A stretch of 64,000 nt of DNA from Spirochaetia bacterium (GCA_963677595.1 OY782041.1:64001-128000); one strand, 5' to 3'. Shown: positions 1 to 10,403, counted from the first letter of the stretch. Notes: generated from the letters alone by a model not told the origin. Numbers and translations are program-made.

Positions 1-561
1 CTTGATATCCGAGGTCCCCTCGATCTGGGCAGCCTCATAGAGCTCATCCGATATCGTGGTCGCGAGGTAGGTCCTCGTGACGATGACGTTCCAGATCCCC
101 ATGGCGTTCGGCAGGATCATGGCAAGCCGGGTATCGATGATGCCGAGCTTCTGCACCACCAGGTAGGTCGGGATGAGCCCCCCGGTGAAGAGCATGGTGA
201 ACAGGAAGATGCCCATGAAGAGGTTCCTCCCGTAGAACTCCTTCCGGGAGAGCGGGTATGCGGCCAGGACGGTGAGGAACACGCTCAGGGTGGTCCCCAG
301 TGCCATGTAGAGCAGCGAGTTCATATAGCCCGACAGGATCATCCGGTTGCTGAACACGGCCTTGTAGGCGTTGAGGTCGAACCCCACGGGGAAGAGCCAG
401 ACCTTGCCGCTGACCACGGCATTATGGTCGCTGATCGAGGCGCTGATGATATAGATCAGCGGATAGGAGACGATGAGGATCGCGAGGGTGATGAAGATCG
501 TGTTGACCACGTCGAACGCCCGGTCGGAGGTGAGCTGACGTACTTTCTGTGTTCTTACCAT
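1..561 (-). CDS. Carbohydrate ABC transporter permease (MalG/LplC type), partial, runs off left edge
   Basis: Manual translation from ATG at 561: MVRTQKVRQLTSDRAFDVVNTIF...AAYPLSRKEFYGRN...FTGGLIPTYLVV...ELYEAAQIEG (EAA motif). Start overlaps the stop of the upstream permease. Confidence 0.9.
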   Translation of the reverse strand, partial: MVRTQKVRQLTSDRAFDVVNTIFITLAILIVSYPLIYIISASISDHNAVVSGKVWLFPVGFDLNAYKAVFSNRMILSGYMNSLLYMALGTTLSVFLTVLAAYPLSRKEFYGRNLFMGIFLFTMLFTGGLIPTYLVVQKLGIIDTRLAMILPNAMGIWNVIVTRTYLATTISDELYEAAQIEGTSDIK

Positions 562-1469
562 AGTCCGGTATCTCCTTTCCGCTTAGCCAGCCAGTTGACT
601 GAGAGCAGCAGCACGAGGTTGATGATCGAGTTGAACAGCCCCACGGCAGTGGAGAAGCTGAAGTCCGAGTTGATCAGGCCGATCCGGTAGATATAGGTCG
701 AGATGATCTCGGCTGTCTCCAGGTTAAGGCCATTCTGCATGAGGTAGGCCTTCTCGAAGCCGACGCTCATGACGTACCCCATGTTGAGGATGAGCAGGAT
801 GACGATCGTCGGCCTGATGCCCGGCAGGTCGATATGGAGGATCTTCTGGATCCTCGTGCAGCCGTCGACCTTCGCAGCCTCATAGAGCTGGGGATCGATC
901 GTGGTCAGGGCAGCCAGGTAGATGATCGCATTGTAGCCGGTCTGCTGCCAGACATTGGTCCAGACATAGATGTGGCGGAACAGTTCAGGCTTGGCCATGA
1001 AGTTGATCGGGCCGAACCCGAAGAGGCCTACGAAGTGGTTCACCAGGCCGATACGGGTATCGGTGAACTGGATGATCATGGAGACGAGCACGACCGTCGA
1101 TATGAAGTACGGCATGTAGGTGATCATCTGGGCGAACTTCTTATAGCGTTCGCTCATCGCCTCGTTGAGCGAGATCGCGAGCAGTATAGCGAAGGGGATC
1201 GAGACAGCGATACTGTAAATACTCAATGCGATAGTATTCCAGATGATCTGCAGGCAGGACGGGGATGAGAAGAAGCGTATGAAATGCTTCAATCCTACCC
1301 AATCGCTTCCCCAGATCCCTTTCGATACACGGTACGTCTTGAATGCGATCTGCAGCCCGACCATCGGGAGATACTTGAAGATGATCAGGTAGAGCAGTGG
1401 TAAAAGGATGATAAGGTAGAACTGCCAGTGCTTCATGGCCTTCTTCCTCATCTGCAGTGGATTTGCCAA
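555..1469 (-). CDS. Carbohydrate ABC transporter permease (LplB type)
   Basis: WVGLKHF, PYFISTVV and LYEAAKVDG motifs. Start placed at TTG 1469 behind AAGGAGG. Confidence 0.9.
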   Translation of the reverse strand: MANPLQMRKKAMKHWQFYLIILLPLLYLIIFKYLPMVGLQIAFKTYRVSKGIWGSDWVGLKHFIRFFSSPSCLQIIWNTIALSIYSIAVSIPFAILLAISLNEAMSERYKKFAQMITYMPYFISTVVLVSMIIQFTDTRIGLVNHFVGLFGFGPINFMAKPELFRHIYVWTNVWQQTGYNAIIYLAALTTIDPQLYEAAKVDGCTRIQKILHIDLPGIRPTIVILLILNMGYVMSVGFEKAYLMQNGLNLETAEIISTYIYRIGLINSDFSFSTAVGLFNSIINLVLLLSVNWLAKRKGDTGLW

Positions 1470-1662
1470 GGGAACCTCCTTGTTGTTTCGTTTACTGCTT
1501 CCGAGTCTAAGGCCGGTTGAGCGCATCGGTAAAGGGACAAAACTTTCCGGAGGGTACACCCCGCCTGCGCAGCAGGGGTACATTTCTTACTTTGAGCGTA
1601 CAATTATTCTTTTTTTCCCAAAATCCCCCGAATTGGGCTATAATCACAATCCGAGAGGTCCC

Positions 1663-3942
1663 ATGGTCAAGCATACAATCATCAGAAGATACCTTGCATC
1701 CTATCTGCTGCTGCTCATCATCCCCATCATCGCATCGGTAGTCATCTACTACCAGACATCCTCGATGGTCGAGGATGACCTGATCGCCTCCAACCTGCAG
1801 GTCCTCGATGACAGCCGGATCATACTCGACAAGGAGCTCGAGAACCTCGACCTCACGATGAAGCGCCTGGCGACCAGCGGGGACGTCAACAGCTTCTTCA
1901 ACACCGGGGCGATCCCCGCCGGCTCTCCCGAATACTTCAAGGTGATCCGGGCCTCCTACATGGTCCACTCCTACTCGATCAACACCGACTTCATTGACGA
2001 CATCTACCTCTACGCGAAGGGCAGCGACATCATCCTGACGACGCAGCGGGTCCATACCGAGCTCGAGAATGACTACCCCTTCTATTTCCAGTTCGGGAAT
2101 ATGAGCTACAAGATGTGGGACGATGCCATCCTCAACGCCTACTACCACCACTCCTACCTCCCGGAGACGGTCATCAGCTTCGCCGGCGAATCCAAGGCGG
2201 TGATCCCGTTCATCCAGTCGGTGCCCTTCCATAACCGGAAGTACTCGAAGGGGAACATCATCGGGTTCATCGACCTGGGGATCCTGCACCCACTGCTCGG
2301 CAGGCTCAATCATGAGGGGCTGGGTAAGGTATACCTCATCGATGAGGAGGGGGAGATCCTCACCACGGTCGGGAATTCGGAGCTCCCCTTCGACCCGATC
2401 TCCCTGCTGAAGGAGTCAGGGACCTCGATCGAGAACCAGGTCATCGACCGGGAGGAGTGGCTGGTCTCACAGACGACCTCGAACATCACGGGCTTCAAGG
2501 TCCTCTCGGTCCTCCCCTCTTCATACATCGGGAACAAGATCTCCTATATCAAGAACATCATCATAGTCATCACCCTCGCCATCCTGGTCTCCGGGCTGCT
2601 CATCTCCATCTACCTCTCCTATCGGAACAGCAAGCCGGTCCTCGAGATCGCGGACCTGGCGAAGCAGCAGTTGGAGAACAGCGCGAAGCAGGTCAATGAC
2701 TTCGACCTGATCAAGTCGAGCATGACGCGCCTGATCAGGTCCAATAACGAGCTCTCGGAGTATAAGCGGCGGCAGCTGCCGGTCGGCAGGAACTCCTACC
2801 TGGAGCGGCTCCTTCTCGGGACGACGAACCGGGGCGAGGACACGGCAGTGATGCTCAAGTACCATGAGATACAGCTTGGGGAGCCTCCCTACAACGTGGT
2901 GCTCGTATCGATCAGGGGATACGGGTCGCTCATCAATGATGACATCCTCAATGAGAAGGACCTGATCATGATCATCATTATGGATGCCATGAGGGAGCTC
3001 TTCAGCGAGGCCGGGTACTACGTCCAGCTGGACCCCGATACCCTCGCATGGGTGTACCGTGAGGATTCACTCAGCGTGAAACAGCGCCTGCTGACACTTC
3101 ATGAGCGCCTACGGAAGGAGAATGATGTGGATGTCCTCATCTCGAGGGGTAAACCTCACCAGGAGGTCAGGGAACTCGCCCTCTCGTTCACCGAGGCTGA
3201 GAAGGGGATGGAATACCTGAGGACCCTGACCCGGGGAGTGAGCGTCTCCAACTATGACGAGCTGCCGGAACGCTCAGACAGCTTCAGTTATTCTGTGGAC
3301 CATGAGGCGAAGCTGAGCATCTTCGTGAAGACCGGCCAGCTCCAGGAGACCTCCCGACTGCTCGATGAGATCTTCGAGGAGAACTTCATCAAGCGGGAGC
3401 TCTCGTTCTTCATGATGAACCAGCTGCTCCGTTCCCTGCTCAACACCCTCATCAGGCTCAATGAGTTCTTTCTCGAGGAGGGCATCGCCAGGAAGGAGCT
3501 GAATGCCGTCTCCTCCTTCTCCTCGGCTGAGGAGGAGTTCACCGAACTGCGAAGGCTCTTCACCACCCTCGTGCTGAAGGCTGCTGACCTGAAGGACACG
3601 GAACAGAAACACCTGCGGGCGGCTGTCATTGCGTATATGGACCAGGAGTATGCCAACCAGAACATCAACCTGAGCATGCTCGCAGACCATTTCGGCTACA
3701 AGGAGTCCTATCTCTACCACTTCTTCATGGATACGGTTGGGCAGTCCTTTGCCAGCTACCTGGAGTCGATCAGGCTCGCTAAGGCATGTGAGCTGCTCCA
3801 GGAGAGCTCGGAGTCGATCGACTCCATCGCCGAGAGTATCGGGTACTGCAGCTCACACTCGTTCAGGAGGGCATTCAAGAGGCGGTATGACGTCTCGCCT
3901 TCCCTCTACAAGAAAGGCAGCATCACCTCGATCATCCTGTAG
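1663..3942 (+). CDS. Membrane-anchored AraC-family regulator with extracytoplasmic sensor domain (YesS/YtdP-like)
   Basis: Two TM helices flank a sensor region. C-terminal AraC HTH (IAESIGYCSSHSFRRAFKRRYDVSP). ATG 1663 after GAGG. Divergent from the sugar permeases. Confidence 0.88.
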   Translation: MVKHTIIRRYLASYLLLLIIPIIASVVIYYQTSSMVEDDLIASNLQVLDDSRIILDKELENLDLTMKRLATSGDVNSFFNTGAIPAGSPEYFKVIRASYMVHSYSINTDFIDDIYLYAKGSDIILTTQRVHTELENDYPFYFQFGNMSYKMWDDAILNAYYHHSYLPETVISFAGESKAVIPFIQSVPFHNRKYSKGNIIGFIDLGILHPLLGRLNHEGLGKVYLIDEEGEILTTVGNSELPFDPISLLKESGTSIENQVIDREEWLVSQTTSNITGFKVLSVLPSSYIGNKISYIKNIIIVITLAILVSGLLISIYLSYRNSKPVLEIADLAKQQLENSAKQVNDFDLIKSSMTRLIRSNNELSEYKRRQLPVGRNSYLERLLLGTTNRGEDTAVMLKYHEIQLGEPPYNVVLVSIRGYGSLINDDILNEKDLIMIIIMDAMRELFSEAGYYVQLDPDTLAWVYREDSLSVKQRLLTLHERLRKENDVDVLISRGKPHQEVRELALSFTEAEKGMEYLRTLTRGVSVSNYDELPERSDSFSYSVDHEAKLSIFVKTGQLQETSRLLDEIFEENFIKRELSFFMMNQLLRSLLNTLIRLNEFFLEEGIARKELNAVSSFSSAEEEFTELRRLFTTLVLKAADLKDTEQKHLRAAVIAYMDQEYANQNINLSMLADHFGYKESYLYHFFMDTVGQSFASYLESIRLAKACELLQESSESIDSIAESIGYCSSHSFRRAFKRRYDVSPSLYKKGSITSIIL

Positions 3943-3954
3943 GGGGGGGGAAGA

Positions 3955-3982
3955 AGAAAGGCCGTCGATCGACGGCCTTTCT
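3955..3982. terminator. Probable bidirectional terminator (perfect 28-bp palindrome)
   Basis: AGAAAGGCCGTCGA|TCGACGGCCTTTCT between convergent genes. Confidence 0.7.
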
Positions 3983-4003
3983 CATTCTGGGAACGTTTAC
4001 TTC

Positions 4004-4297
4004 CTACTTCACTACCGTGACGGTCCTTGACATGATGATGCCGCCGGTAAGGGCGGAGATGACGAAGTCCATCAGCGAGAACTCGGTGATGATCCGGTAG
4101 TTCCTGTCGCCGCCAGCCATGGTATTCGAGTCAGCGGTACCAAGTGGGAACAGCCCGCCGAGCACATAGTACTGTCTCATGGAAGTCCGGTAGCCCTGGT
4201 CCGGGCCGTTCCCGACTGTGTGGATATTCGTCACGCAGCTTGCGAGGAACAGGACTACCAACAGTACAGCGATGATAGATACTAACTTTCTACTCAT
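4004..4297 (-). CDS. Bor/Iss-family small lipoprotein
   Basis: Lipobox FLASC after a hydrophobic signal; QYYVLGGLFPL and C-terminal SRTVTVVK pattern. ATG 4297 after GGAGG. Confidence 0.7.
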   Translation of the reverse strand: MSRKLVSIIAVLLVVLFLASCVTNIHTVGNGPDQGYRTSMRQYYVLGGLFPLGTADSNTMAGGDRNYRIITEFSLMDFVISALTGGIIMSRTVTVVK

Positions 4298-4416
4298 ACA
4301 ACCCTCCGTAAAACTATGTATACACCATTGTATCACAAACCAGGAGATAATACCTACCATAATATTCCAAGATATCAGGCACTGATATCAGGTATCAGGG
4401 CATGATATCAGAGTCC

Positions 4417-5373
4417 CTAGTTCACCACATTGACGGGTCTCCCGTCGAGGAAGGACCGCAGGTTCCCCACAGCGATGTCCATCAGCCTCCCCCGCGACTC
4501 GAGGGGAGCCCAGGAGATATGGGGGGTGATGATGCAGGTATCGATCCCGAGCAGGGGGTTATCGTCCCGGATCGGTTCCGTGGATACCACATCCACCGCA
4601 GCACCGGCGACCTTGCCGCTGAGCAGGGCTGACTTCAGGTCCTCTTCCACAATGAGGGGACCGCGTGAGTTGTTGATGATGATCACGCCGTCCTTCATCC
4701 GGGCGATGCTCTCAGCATTGATCATGCCCTCTGTCTCGGGAAAGAGCGGAATATGCAGCGAGATGACGTCTGCCTGCGTGATGACCTCATCGATGGAGCC
4801 GTAGGAGAGGGTCTCACTCACCAGCTCCTCATGCACGACAGCGTCATAGGCGAGGACCTTCATCCCCAGCGCCCCGGCGATTCGCCCGACCCCCTGGCCG
4901 ATCCGGCCGAAGCCGATAATCCCCATCGTCTTGCCAGCCAGTTCTATCAGCGGGTAGTCCCAGTAGCAGAAATCCGGGCAGGCTGCCCACCTTCCTTCCT
5001 GGACGGACCGGTTGTGCTCCCCGATATGGTGGCAGACCTCGAGCAGGAGCCCGATGGCGAACTGGGCTACCGAGGCGGTCCCGTAGGTGGGGATGTTCGT
5101 GACCGGGATGTTCCGCTCCCGTGCCGCTGCAGCATCAACCACGTTATAGCCGGTGGCGAGTACCCCGATATACCGGAGGTCCGGGCAGGCGCTGATCGTC
5201 TCCCCGGTGACCGGGGTCTTGTTCGTGATCAGGATATCGGCATCCTGTGCCCGTTCGATGATGGACTTTGTCTCGGTCCTCTCATAAACGGTAAGTTCCC
5301 CCAGCGCCTCGAATCCAGCCCAGCTGAGATCTCCCGGGTTCTCTGTATACCCATCAAGCACGACGATCTTCAT
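4417..5373 (-). CDS. D-2-hydroxyacid dehydrogenase (glycerate dehydrogenase/hydroxypyruvate reductase-like)
   Basis: MKIVVLDGYTENPGDLSW, GIIGFGRIG, INNSRG, TPHISW. Confidence 0.92.
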   Translation of the reverse strand: MKIVVLDGYTENPGDLSWAGFEALGELTVYERTETKSIIERAQDADILITNKTPVTGETISACPDLRYIGVLATGYNVVDAAAARERNIPVTNIPTYGTASVAQFAIGLLLEVCHHIGEHNRSVQEGRWAACPDFCYWDYPLIELAGKTMGIIGFGRIGQGVGRIAGALGMKVLAYDAVVHEELVSETLSYGSIDEVITQADVISLHIPLFPETEGMINAESIARMKDGVIIINNSRGPLIVEEDLKSALLSGKVAGAAVDVVSTEPIRDDNPLLGIDTCIITPHISWAPLESRGRLMDIAVGNLRSFLDGRPVNVVN

Positions 5374-5592
5374 CTCTTCCCTCCTTAAGCAGGACCGCCT
5401 GTGAAGCTGTCCCTGCACTCTTAGGATAACCCTAGCATGATGAACCAGTTCGTTCAATGAGCTACATCATTGCCTTGACACAGGTTAATGTAATAATCCC
5501 CTGTTTTCCTTCACTACATGCTATAATGCGGTAGGGCATGTAACCAAAAGCACAGGCCCTGCCATGTACATCATACGTCCTGCTGATTTATT

Positions 5593-5621
5593 TTGACATT
5601 TGACCTTTTGTTTGTCATAAT
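5593..5621 (+). promoter_or_regulatory. sigma70-type promoter for fadD
   Basis: TTGACA (5593) - 17 bp - CATAAT (5616). Confidence 0.6.
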
Positions 5622-5670
5622 AAAACATCCTGTGGAGCATACCCATGCCAGCCGCAGGGAGGGAGTACCA

Positions 5671-7575
5671 ATGGAAAAGACATTACCGATTCTCTTACGG
5701 AACATTCAGGCAGCCCACCCCGATATCGAGGTCCAGCTCTGGAAGGATGAGAAGGGCCATTACAACCCAACGACCTATGCAGCGTTCTACCAGGAGGTCC
5801 TCGCCTTCGCCTCAGGGCTGAAACAGCTCGGCGTCAAGCGGGGGGACCACGTCGGCCTCATCTCAGACAACCGGAGGGAGTGGCTCATCGCCGACATGGC
5901 GACCCTAACCCTCGGAGCTGCCGACGTGCCCCGGGGTCGTGATGCCATGCCCCACGAGATCGAATATATCCTCAGCTTCAGCGGATGCGAGCTCTGCTTC
6001 GTCGAGAACGACCAGCAGCTCGAGAAGATCCTGGCCCTGACGCCAGGACTTCCAGAACTCAAGCGCATCGTCATACTCGATCAGGAGTTCGAACGGCCGG
6101 AGGGACTCCCGGAGAGCCCCGAGATCATCCTCTTCACCGAGGTAATGGAAGCGGGAGTGAAGAAGGTCAAGATCAAGACTGGCTTGCAGGCGATCGAGAA
6201 GGAGATCGACAAGGGGGAATCAGAGGACCTGGCCACCATCATCTTCACCTCGGGGACTACCGGGGAACCCAAGGGGGTCATGCTGACCCATGGGAACTTC
6301 ACCTTCCAGGTCGAGCAGGTCGGCAAGGTGATCACCCTCACCCCGGGAGACCGCTGGCTCTCCGTCCTGCCGGTCTGGCACTCCTTCGAGCGGATCCTCC
6401 AGTATGCGGCACTCGGCTACGCAACGACGATCGCCTACTCAAAGCCGATCGGGAAGATCCTCCTCCAGGACTTCGTCAAGGTGAACCCCACCTGGATGGG
6501 GTCAGTACCGCGGATCTGGGAATCGATCAAGCAGGGTGTGTACAAGAATGTGAAGGGAAAGAGCGTCGTAGCACGGGGACTCTTCAAGTTCTTCGTCTGG
6601 GCGGGCAACGCACATGCGGTCTCATCGGACCTCCTCTATAACCGGATGCCCCAGTACCGCAAGCGGTTCTATCCCCTGGACGTCCTCATCGGTATCCTGC
6701 CCTTCCTCCTCCTCTATCCCGTGAAACTGCTCGGCGGGGTCCTGGTATTCAAGACCATCAAGCAGAAGCTCGGGACGAACTTCAAGGCCGGGGTATCAGG
6801 GGGTGGGTCGCTGCCGAAGGCTGTCGACCGCTTCTTCAGGGCGATCGGCATCACCCTCCTCGATGGGTACGGCCTGACCGAGACCGCACCGGTCATCGGT
6901 ATCAGGAAGTACGACCACCCGGTCCCGACCACCGTAGCCCCGCTGCCGGAGACCCTGATCGAGATCAGGGATGAGGAAGGCAATGCCCTCCCTCCCGGCC
7001 AGAAGGGTGTCATCTTCGCAAAGGGCCCTCAGGTCATGCAGGGCTACTATAAGAAGCCGGAACTGACCAAGGCCATCCTCTCTGATGACGGCTGGCTCAA
7101 TACGGGAGACCTCGGGATTTGGACCCACAAGGGTGAGTACTGTATTGCCGGGCGAGCAAAGGATACCATCGTGCTCTCGGGTGGAGAGAATATCGAGCCG
7201 GTACCGATCGAGGCCAAGCTGCGTGAATCGGAATACATAGAGCAGGCGATCGTGCTCGGTCAGGACCAGAAGTACCTTGCAGCCCTGATCATCCCCGATA
7301 CCAAGCTCCTCGAGCTCTTCATGAAAGACAACACGATCCCCTACGTGTCACGGGGGGACCTCATCGAGATGCCGCAGATCATCGAGCTCCTCAACGAGGA
7401 GATCAGCGGCCTAGTCAACGCGAAGAACGGGTTCAAGACCTTCGAACACATCGTACGGTTCAAGCTGATCAAGGCGAACCTCGAGATCGGCCGGGAACTC
7501 TCAGCCAAGCAGGAGATCAAGCGCCATGTCATTGGCGAGATGTACCGCAAAGAGATCGAGGAACTGTTCAGATAG
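5671..7575 (+). CDS. fadD: Long-chain fatty acid--CoA ligase (AMP-dependent synthetase)
   Basis: IIFTSGTTGEPKGVMLTHGN, GYGLTET, WLNTGDLG, GRAKDTIVLSGGENIEP. Confidence 0.92.
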   Translation: MEKTLPILLRNIQAAHPDIEVQLWKDEKGHYNPTTYAAFYQEVLAFASGLKQLGVKRGDHVGLISDNRREWLIADMATLTLGAADVPRGRDAMPHEIEYILSFSGCELCFVENDQQLEKILALTPGLPELKRIVILDQEFERPEGLPESPEIILFTEVMEAGVKKVKIKTGLQAIEKEIDKGESEDLATIIFTSGTTGEPKGVMLTHGNFTFQVEQVGKVITLTPGDRWLSVLPVWHSFERILQYAALGYATTIAYSKPIGKILLQDFVKVNPTWMGSVPRIWESIKQGVYKNVKGKSVVARGLFKFFVWAGNAHAVSSDLLYNRMPQYRKRFYPLDVLIGILPFLLLYPVKLLGGVLVFKTIKQKLGTNFKAGVSGGGSLPKAVDRFFRAIGITLLDGYGLTETAPVIGIRKYDHPVPTTVAPLPETLIEIRDEEGNALPPGQKGVIFAKGPQVMQGYYKKPELTKAILSDDGWLNTGDLGIWTHKGEYCIAGRAKDTIVLSGGENIEPVPIEAKLRESEYIEQAIVLGQDQKYLAALIIPDTKLLELFMKDNTIPYVSRGDLIEMPQIIELLNEEISGLVNAKNGFKTFEHIVRFKLIKANLEIGRELSAKQEIKRHVIGEMYRKEIEELFR

Positions 7576-7582
7576 TTCAAAA

Positions 7583-7608
7583 AGGGCCTCAGCTGCAGCT
7601 GAGGCCCT
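7583..7608. terminator. Probable terminator (perfect 26-bp palindrome)
   Basis: AGGGCCTCAGCTG|CAGCTGAGGCCCT between convergent genes. Confidence 0.7.
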
Positions 7609-7614
7609 CATCAT

Positions 7615-7992
7615 CTATGCGAGCTTTTCAGCCCCGCTATAGACCGATTCCACCTTGAGCACCGCGGCTGCATGGCCGGGAAGGTGCTCGGGGTTTCATG
7701 ACTTCATGAAGTCGAAGTACTCCCCCTCACTCACATACTCGATCATCCCCTTGACCTGGTAGGCTTTCTTCTCACTGGTGATGAATAAGATGGTTCCTTT
7801 CGATCCTGAGAGGAGGTTCTCTTTCGTCTTGTTGAAGTAATTGTCAGCGATGACGAAGGTCTCGTCATCGAAGATCCTGATGCAGGTCGCATAGATCGCA
7901 TTGGGAAGGCCTGAAGGATCACCGGTGGTGAACACCGGTGCACTGCCCTGGTCCCCGAACGCGTCCCTGACCGCCTGTGGTATTGCTGCCAT
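7615..7992 (-). pseudogene. Pyridoxamine 5'-phosphate oxidase-family (FMN split barrel) protein with an internal TGA
   Basis: PNAIY...IADNYFNKTKENL...AYQVKG. TGA at 7696-7698 is followed in frame by NPEHLPGHAAAVLKVESVYSGAEKLA and TAG at 7615. Confidence 0.8.
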
Positions 7993-8043
7993 ACTGGACT
8001 CCTGAATGGTTTTCCTTAAGTATGCACATTAACGGGCGTATGC

Positions 8044-8403
8044 TCAATACTGGACGAACCAGTTCATGGCTGCTCCCTCGTTAGAGAAGAGGCGGAGATC
8101 CATCCGGGTATCGGTAGCGATGGAGGAACCATCAGGGGTGTTCTCATCTGAGACGAGCACCCCCATCTTGATCTTGCTCGGCAGGGTGTTGTGAAGGTTC
8201 TGCGAGACGATGAACTGCTCGAAGACCTGCAGGTCCTCCAAAGGGAGATCCCTGAAGTCGACGAGGATGTTGTTCCAGCGCTTGAACGCGAGGACATTCA
8301 TCATCTCCGGCAGTGCTTTTGACCCGATCCCGTGCCTGAACATCTGGTGGTGGACAACGATCACCAGCTTATGTTCCTGGTTGAGGCGTATTTCGTATGA
8401 CAA
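8044..8403 (-). CDS. Hypothetical protein, SpoIIAA/STAS-SEC14-like
   Basis: ILVDFRDL and C-terminal LFSNEGAAMNWF pattern. TTG start after AAGGAG. Confidence 0.5.
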   Translation of the reverse strand: MSYEIRLNQEHKLVIVVHHQMFRHGIGSKALPEMMNVLAFKRWNNILVDFRDLPLEDLQVFEQFIVSQNLHNTLPSKIKMGVLVSDENTPDGSSIATDTRMDLRLFSNEGAAMNWFVQY

Positions 8404-8502
8404 AGAGGCTACTCCTTATGACAGTCTCGAAGTATCTACTCACTCATTCGTAGGGGAATTGTATCACAGGATCCTCAGTTGTAAAGATGAAAAATGATTC
8501 TT

Positions 8503-9258
8503 CTATTCAGTTTTCTTCCGCTTGTCGCGCAGGTAGACGGCCTTGAACGGCCCCTGGCCCATCATACGCTCATCGATATCGAAGAGCTTGATAGCCTTGA
8601 CCAGGTCACCGAGTTTCTTGTAGCCGTAGTTCCTCGGGTCGAACTCCGGAGAGCGCTTCGCGATGTTGCTGCCTACGGTCGCAAGATGCGCCCAGCCGCC
8701 GTCATCGGAGCCCATCTCCACGGCATTCCGCAGGAGCTGTACGAGCTTGGTGTCCTGCTTCATCTCCGAAGTCGATTTCCGGGGAGTTGCCTTCTCCTCA
8801 TCATCATCGTCATTGGATCGGAGCACCTCAGTGAAGATGAACTTGTCACAGGCTGCCACGAAGGCATTCGGGGTCTTCTTCTCACCGAACCCATAGGTCC
8901 TCAAGCCAGATTCCCTGATCCTGGAAGCCAGCTTGGTGAAGTCGCTGTCACTCGATACGATGGCGAAGGCATTGAAGTTCCCGGTATAGAGCAGGTCCAT
9001 GGCATCGATGATCATGGCGCTGTCGGTGGCGTTCTTACCCGTCGTGTACCCGAACTGCTGGATCGGCTGGATCGAGTGCTGCAGGAGCACCTCCTTCCAC
9101 CCGTTGAGCCTCGGGGAGGTCCAGTCCCCGTAGATCCGCTTCACGTGGGCTGTCCCGTACTTCGAGATCTCCAGCAGCAGGCCCTCGATGATGGCCGGCT
9201 GTGCGTTATCTGCATCTATTAATACAGCGATCTTGTCGCTGCCTATCGATTCTGACAT
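8503..9258 (-). CDS. NYN (LabA/DUF88 PIN-like) domain protein with C-terminal OST-HTH/LOTUS
   Basis: IAVLIDADN, KRIYGDW, GKNATDSAMIIDAMD, VSSDSDF, FDPRNYGYKKLGDL. Confidence 0.92.
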   Translation of the reverse strand: MSESIGSDKIAVLIDADNAQPAIIEGLLLEISKYGTAHVKRIYGDWTSPRLNGWKEVLLQHSIQPIQQFGYTTGKNATDSAMIIDAMDLLYTGNFNAFAIVSSDSDFTKLASRIRESGLRTYGFGEKKTPNAFVAACDKFIFTEVLRSNDDDDEEKATPRKSTSEMKQDTKLVQLLRNAVEMGSDDGGWAHLATVGSNIAKRSPEFDPRNYGYKKLGDLVKAIKLFDIDERMMGQGPFKAVYLRDKRKKTE

Positions 9259-9341
9259 GTTCGTCTCTCCTTGGTTGTCGTCACTGCCAGTGTAGCATAT
9301 CGTGGGGGAAACTACTATACGGTATTACTCCCCTGTGTGAT

Positions 9342-10331
9342 TCAGTACTTCACCCGCCGGTACCGCTGCCTGCTGCTGTTTGGTTTCTCAGGGACAGTCA
9401 TCTCTACGAACCCCAGCCGTATCGCCGGCAGCAGATAGTTGTCCCGGAAGGTCGGCCTGTGGGTGATACCCACTCGCCACATCAACTCCTTCGTGCTGAG
9501 AGGTGCATCTTCCATGACCGACAGCAACCTCTTCACTTGTACGCTTACTTGTTCGGTGACTTGTTCGGTCTCCGCCAATTCAGCCAGGGAATCATGGAAC
9601 GCCTGGAGCATGAACTCTATGAACAGCCCTGAGTCAGCTCTACGGTCACACTCACCCAGTACCCGGTAATATGCATCCTGGCGTTCCTTGATCAGGGTCT
9701 CGACAGGTACCCAGCCAAACAGCCTCTTCCAACGGTACAGGATCAAAGTCTGCCACATACGCCCCATACGCCCATTCCCATCTATGAAGGGATGGATGAA
9801 CTCGAACTCGTAGTGGAACACACAGCTCTTGATCAGGGGATGAGTCTCCGCATGTTCAACCCAATGCAGCAGGTCTCGTATGTGTCCGGGAACCAGATCA
9901 GCAGGCGGCGCCATATGGATCAACTGTGGCCCTGCAAACACACCGACACCGCCGGACCGAAAACATCCAGCCTCTTTCGTCAGGTCTCTCATAAGGATCC
10001 TGTGAGCCACAAGCAGCGATTCGTACGCATAGGGATCCAGGTCCAGAAGGCTCTCATATGCTTCATAGGCATTCTTGACCTCCTGAATATCCTGGGCAGG
10101 CCCAAGGACCCTCCGGCCCTGGATAACAGCAGTGACCTGATCGACGGACAGGGAGTTGTTCTCTATGGCTAGGGAGGCCTGGATCATCCTGATCCTGCCC
10201 TCTCGTCTCAACCTCGGGCTGACACCAAAGACATCCCGCAATGTCAATTCGGTTACCAGCTCCATGATATCAGAGAGCAGTTGTATCATCCGGTCGGAAA
10301 CGGTAAACGGCGGTCTATACGGCATGGTCAC
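9342..10331 (-). CDS. Fic-family protein with C-terminal HTH
   Basis: Fic motif HPFIDGNGRMGR, SLAIENN, C-terminal PEKPNSSRQRY. Confidence 0.93.
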   Translation of the reverse strand: MTMPYRPPFTVSDRMIQLLSDIMELVTELTLRDVFGVSPRLRREGRIRMIQASLAIENNSLSVDQVTAVIQGRRVLGPAQDIQEVKNAYEAYESLLDLDPYAYESLLVAHRILMRDLTKEAGCFRSGGVGVFAGPQLIHMAPPADLVPGHIRDLLHWVEHAETHPLIKSCVFHYEFEFIHPFIDGNGRMGRMWQTLILYRWKRLFGWVPVETLIKERQDAYYRVLGECDRRADSGLFIEFMLQAFHDSLAELAETEQVTEQVSVQVKRLLSVMEDAPLSTKELMWRVGITHRPTFRDNYLLPAIRLGFVEMTVPEKPNSSRQRYRRVKY

Positions 10332-10403
10332 CCTCCTCCCTTCTTGTACTCATTATACCGTACAAGTCAGATTTGCAGAAGAGAGTATCTCTCGTATCTT
10401 TCC

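Noticed and set aside
3942-3950. G9 tract as a phase-variation switch
   Set aside because: Lies at and after a stop codon between convergent genes, so a length change would alter neither frame nor promoter.
7696-7698. Genome-wide TGA=Trp recoding
   Set aside because: Many complete genes in the window end in TGA and use TGG for Trp.
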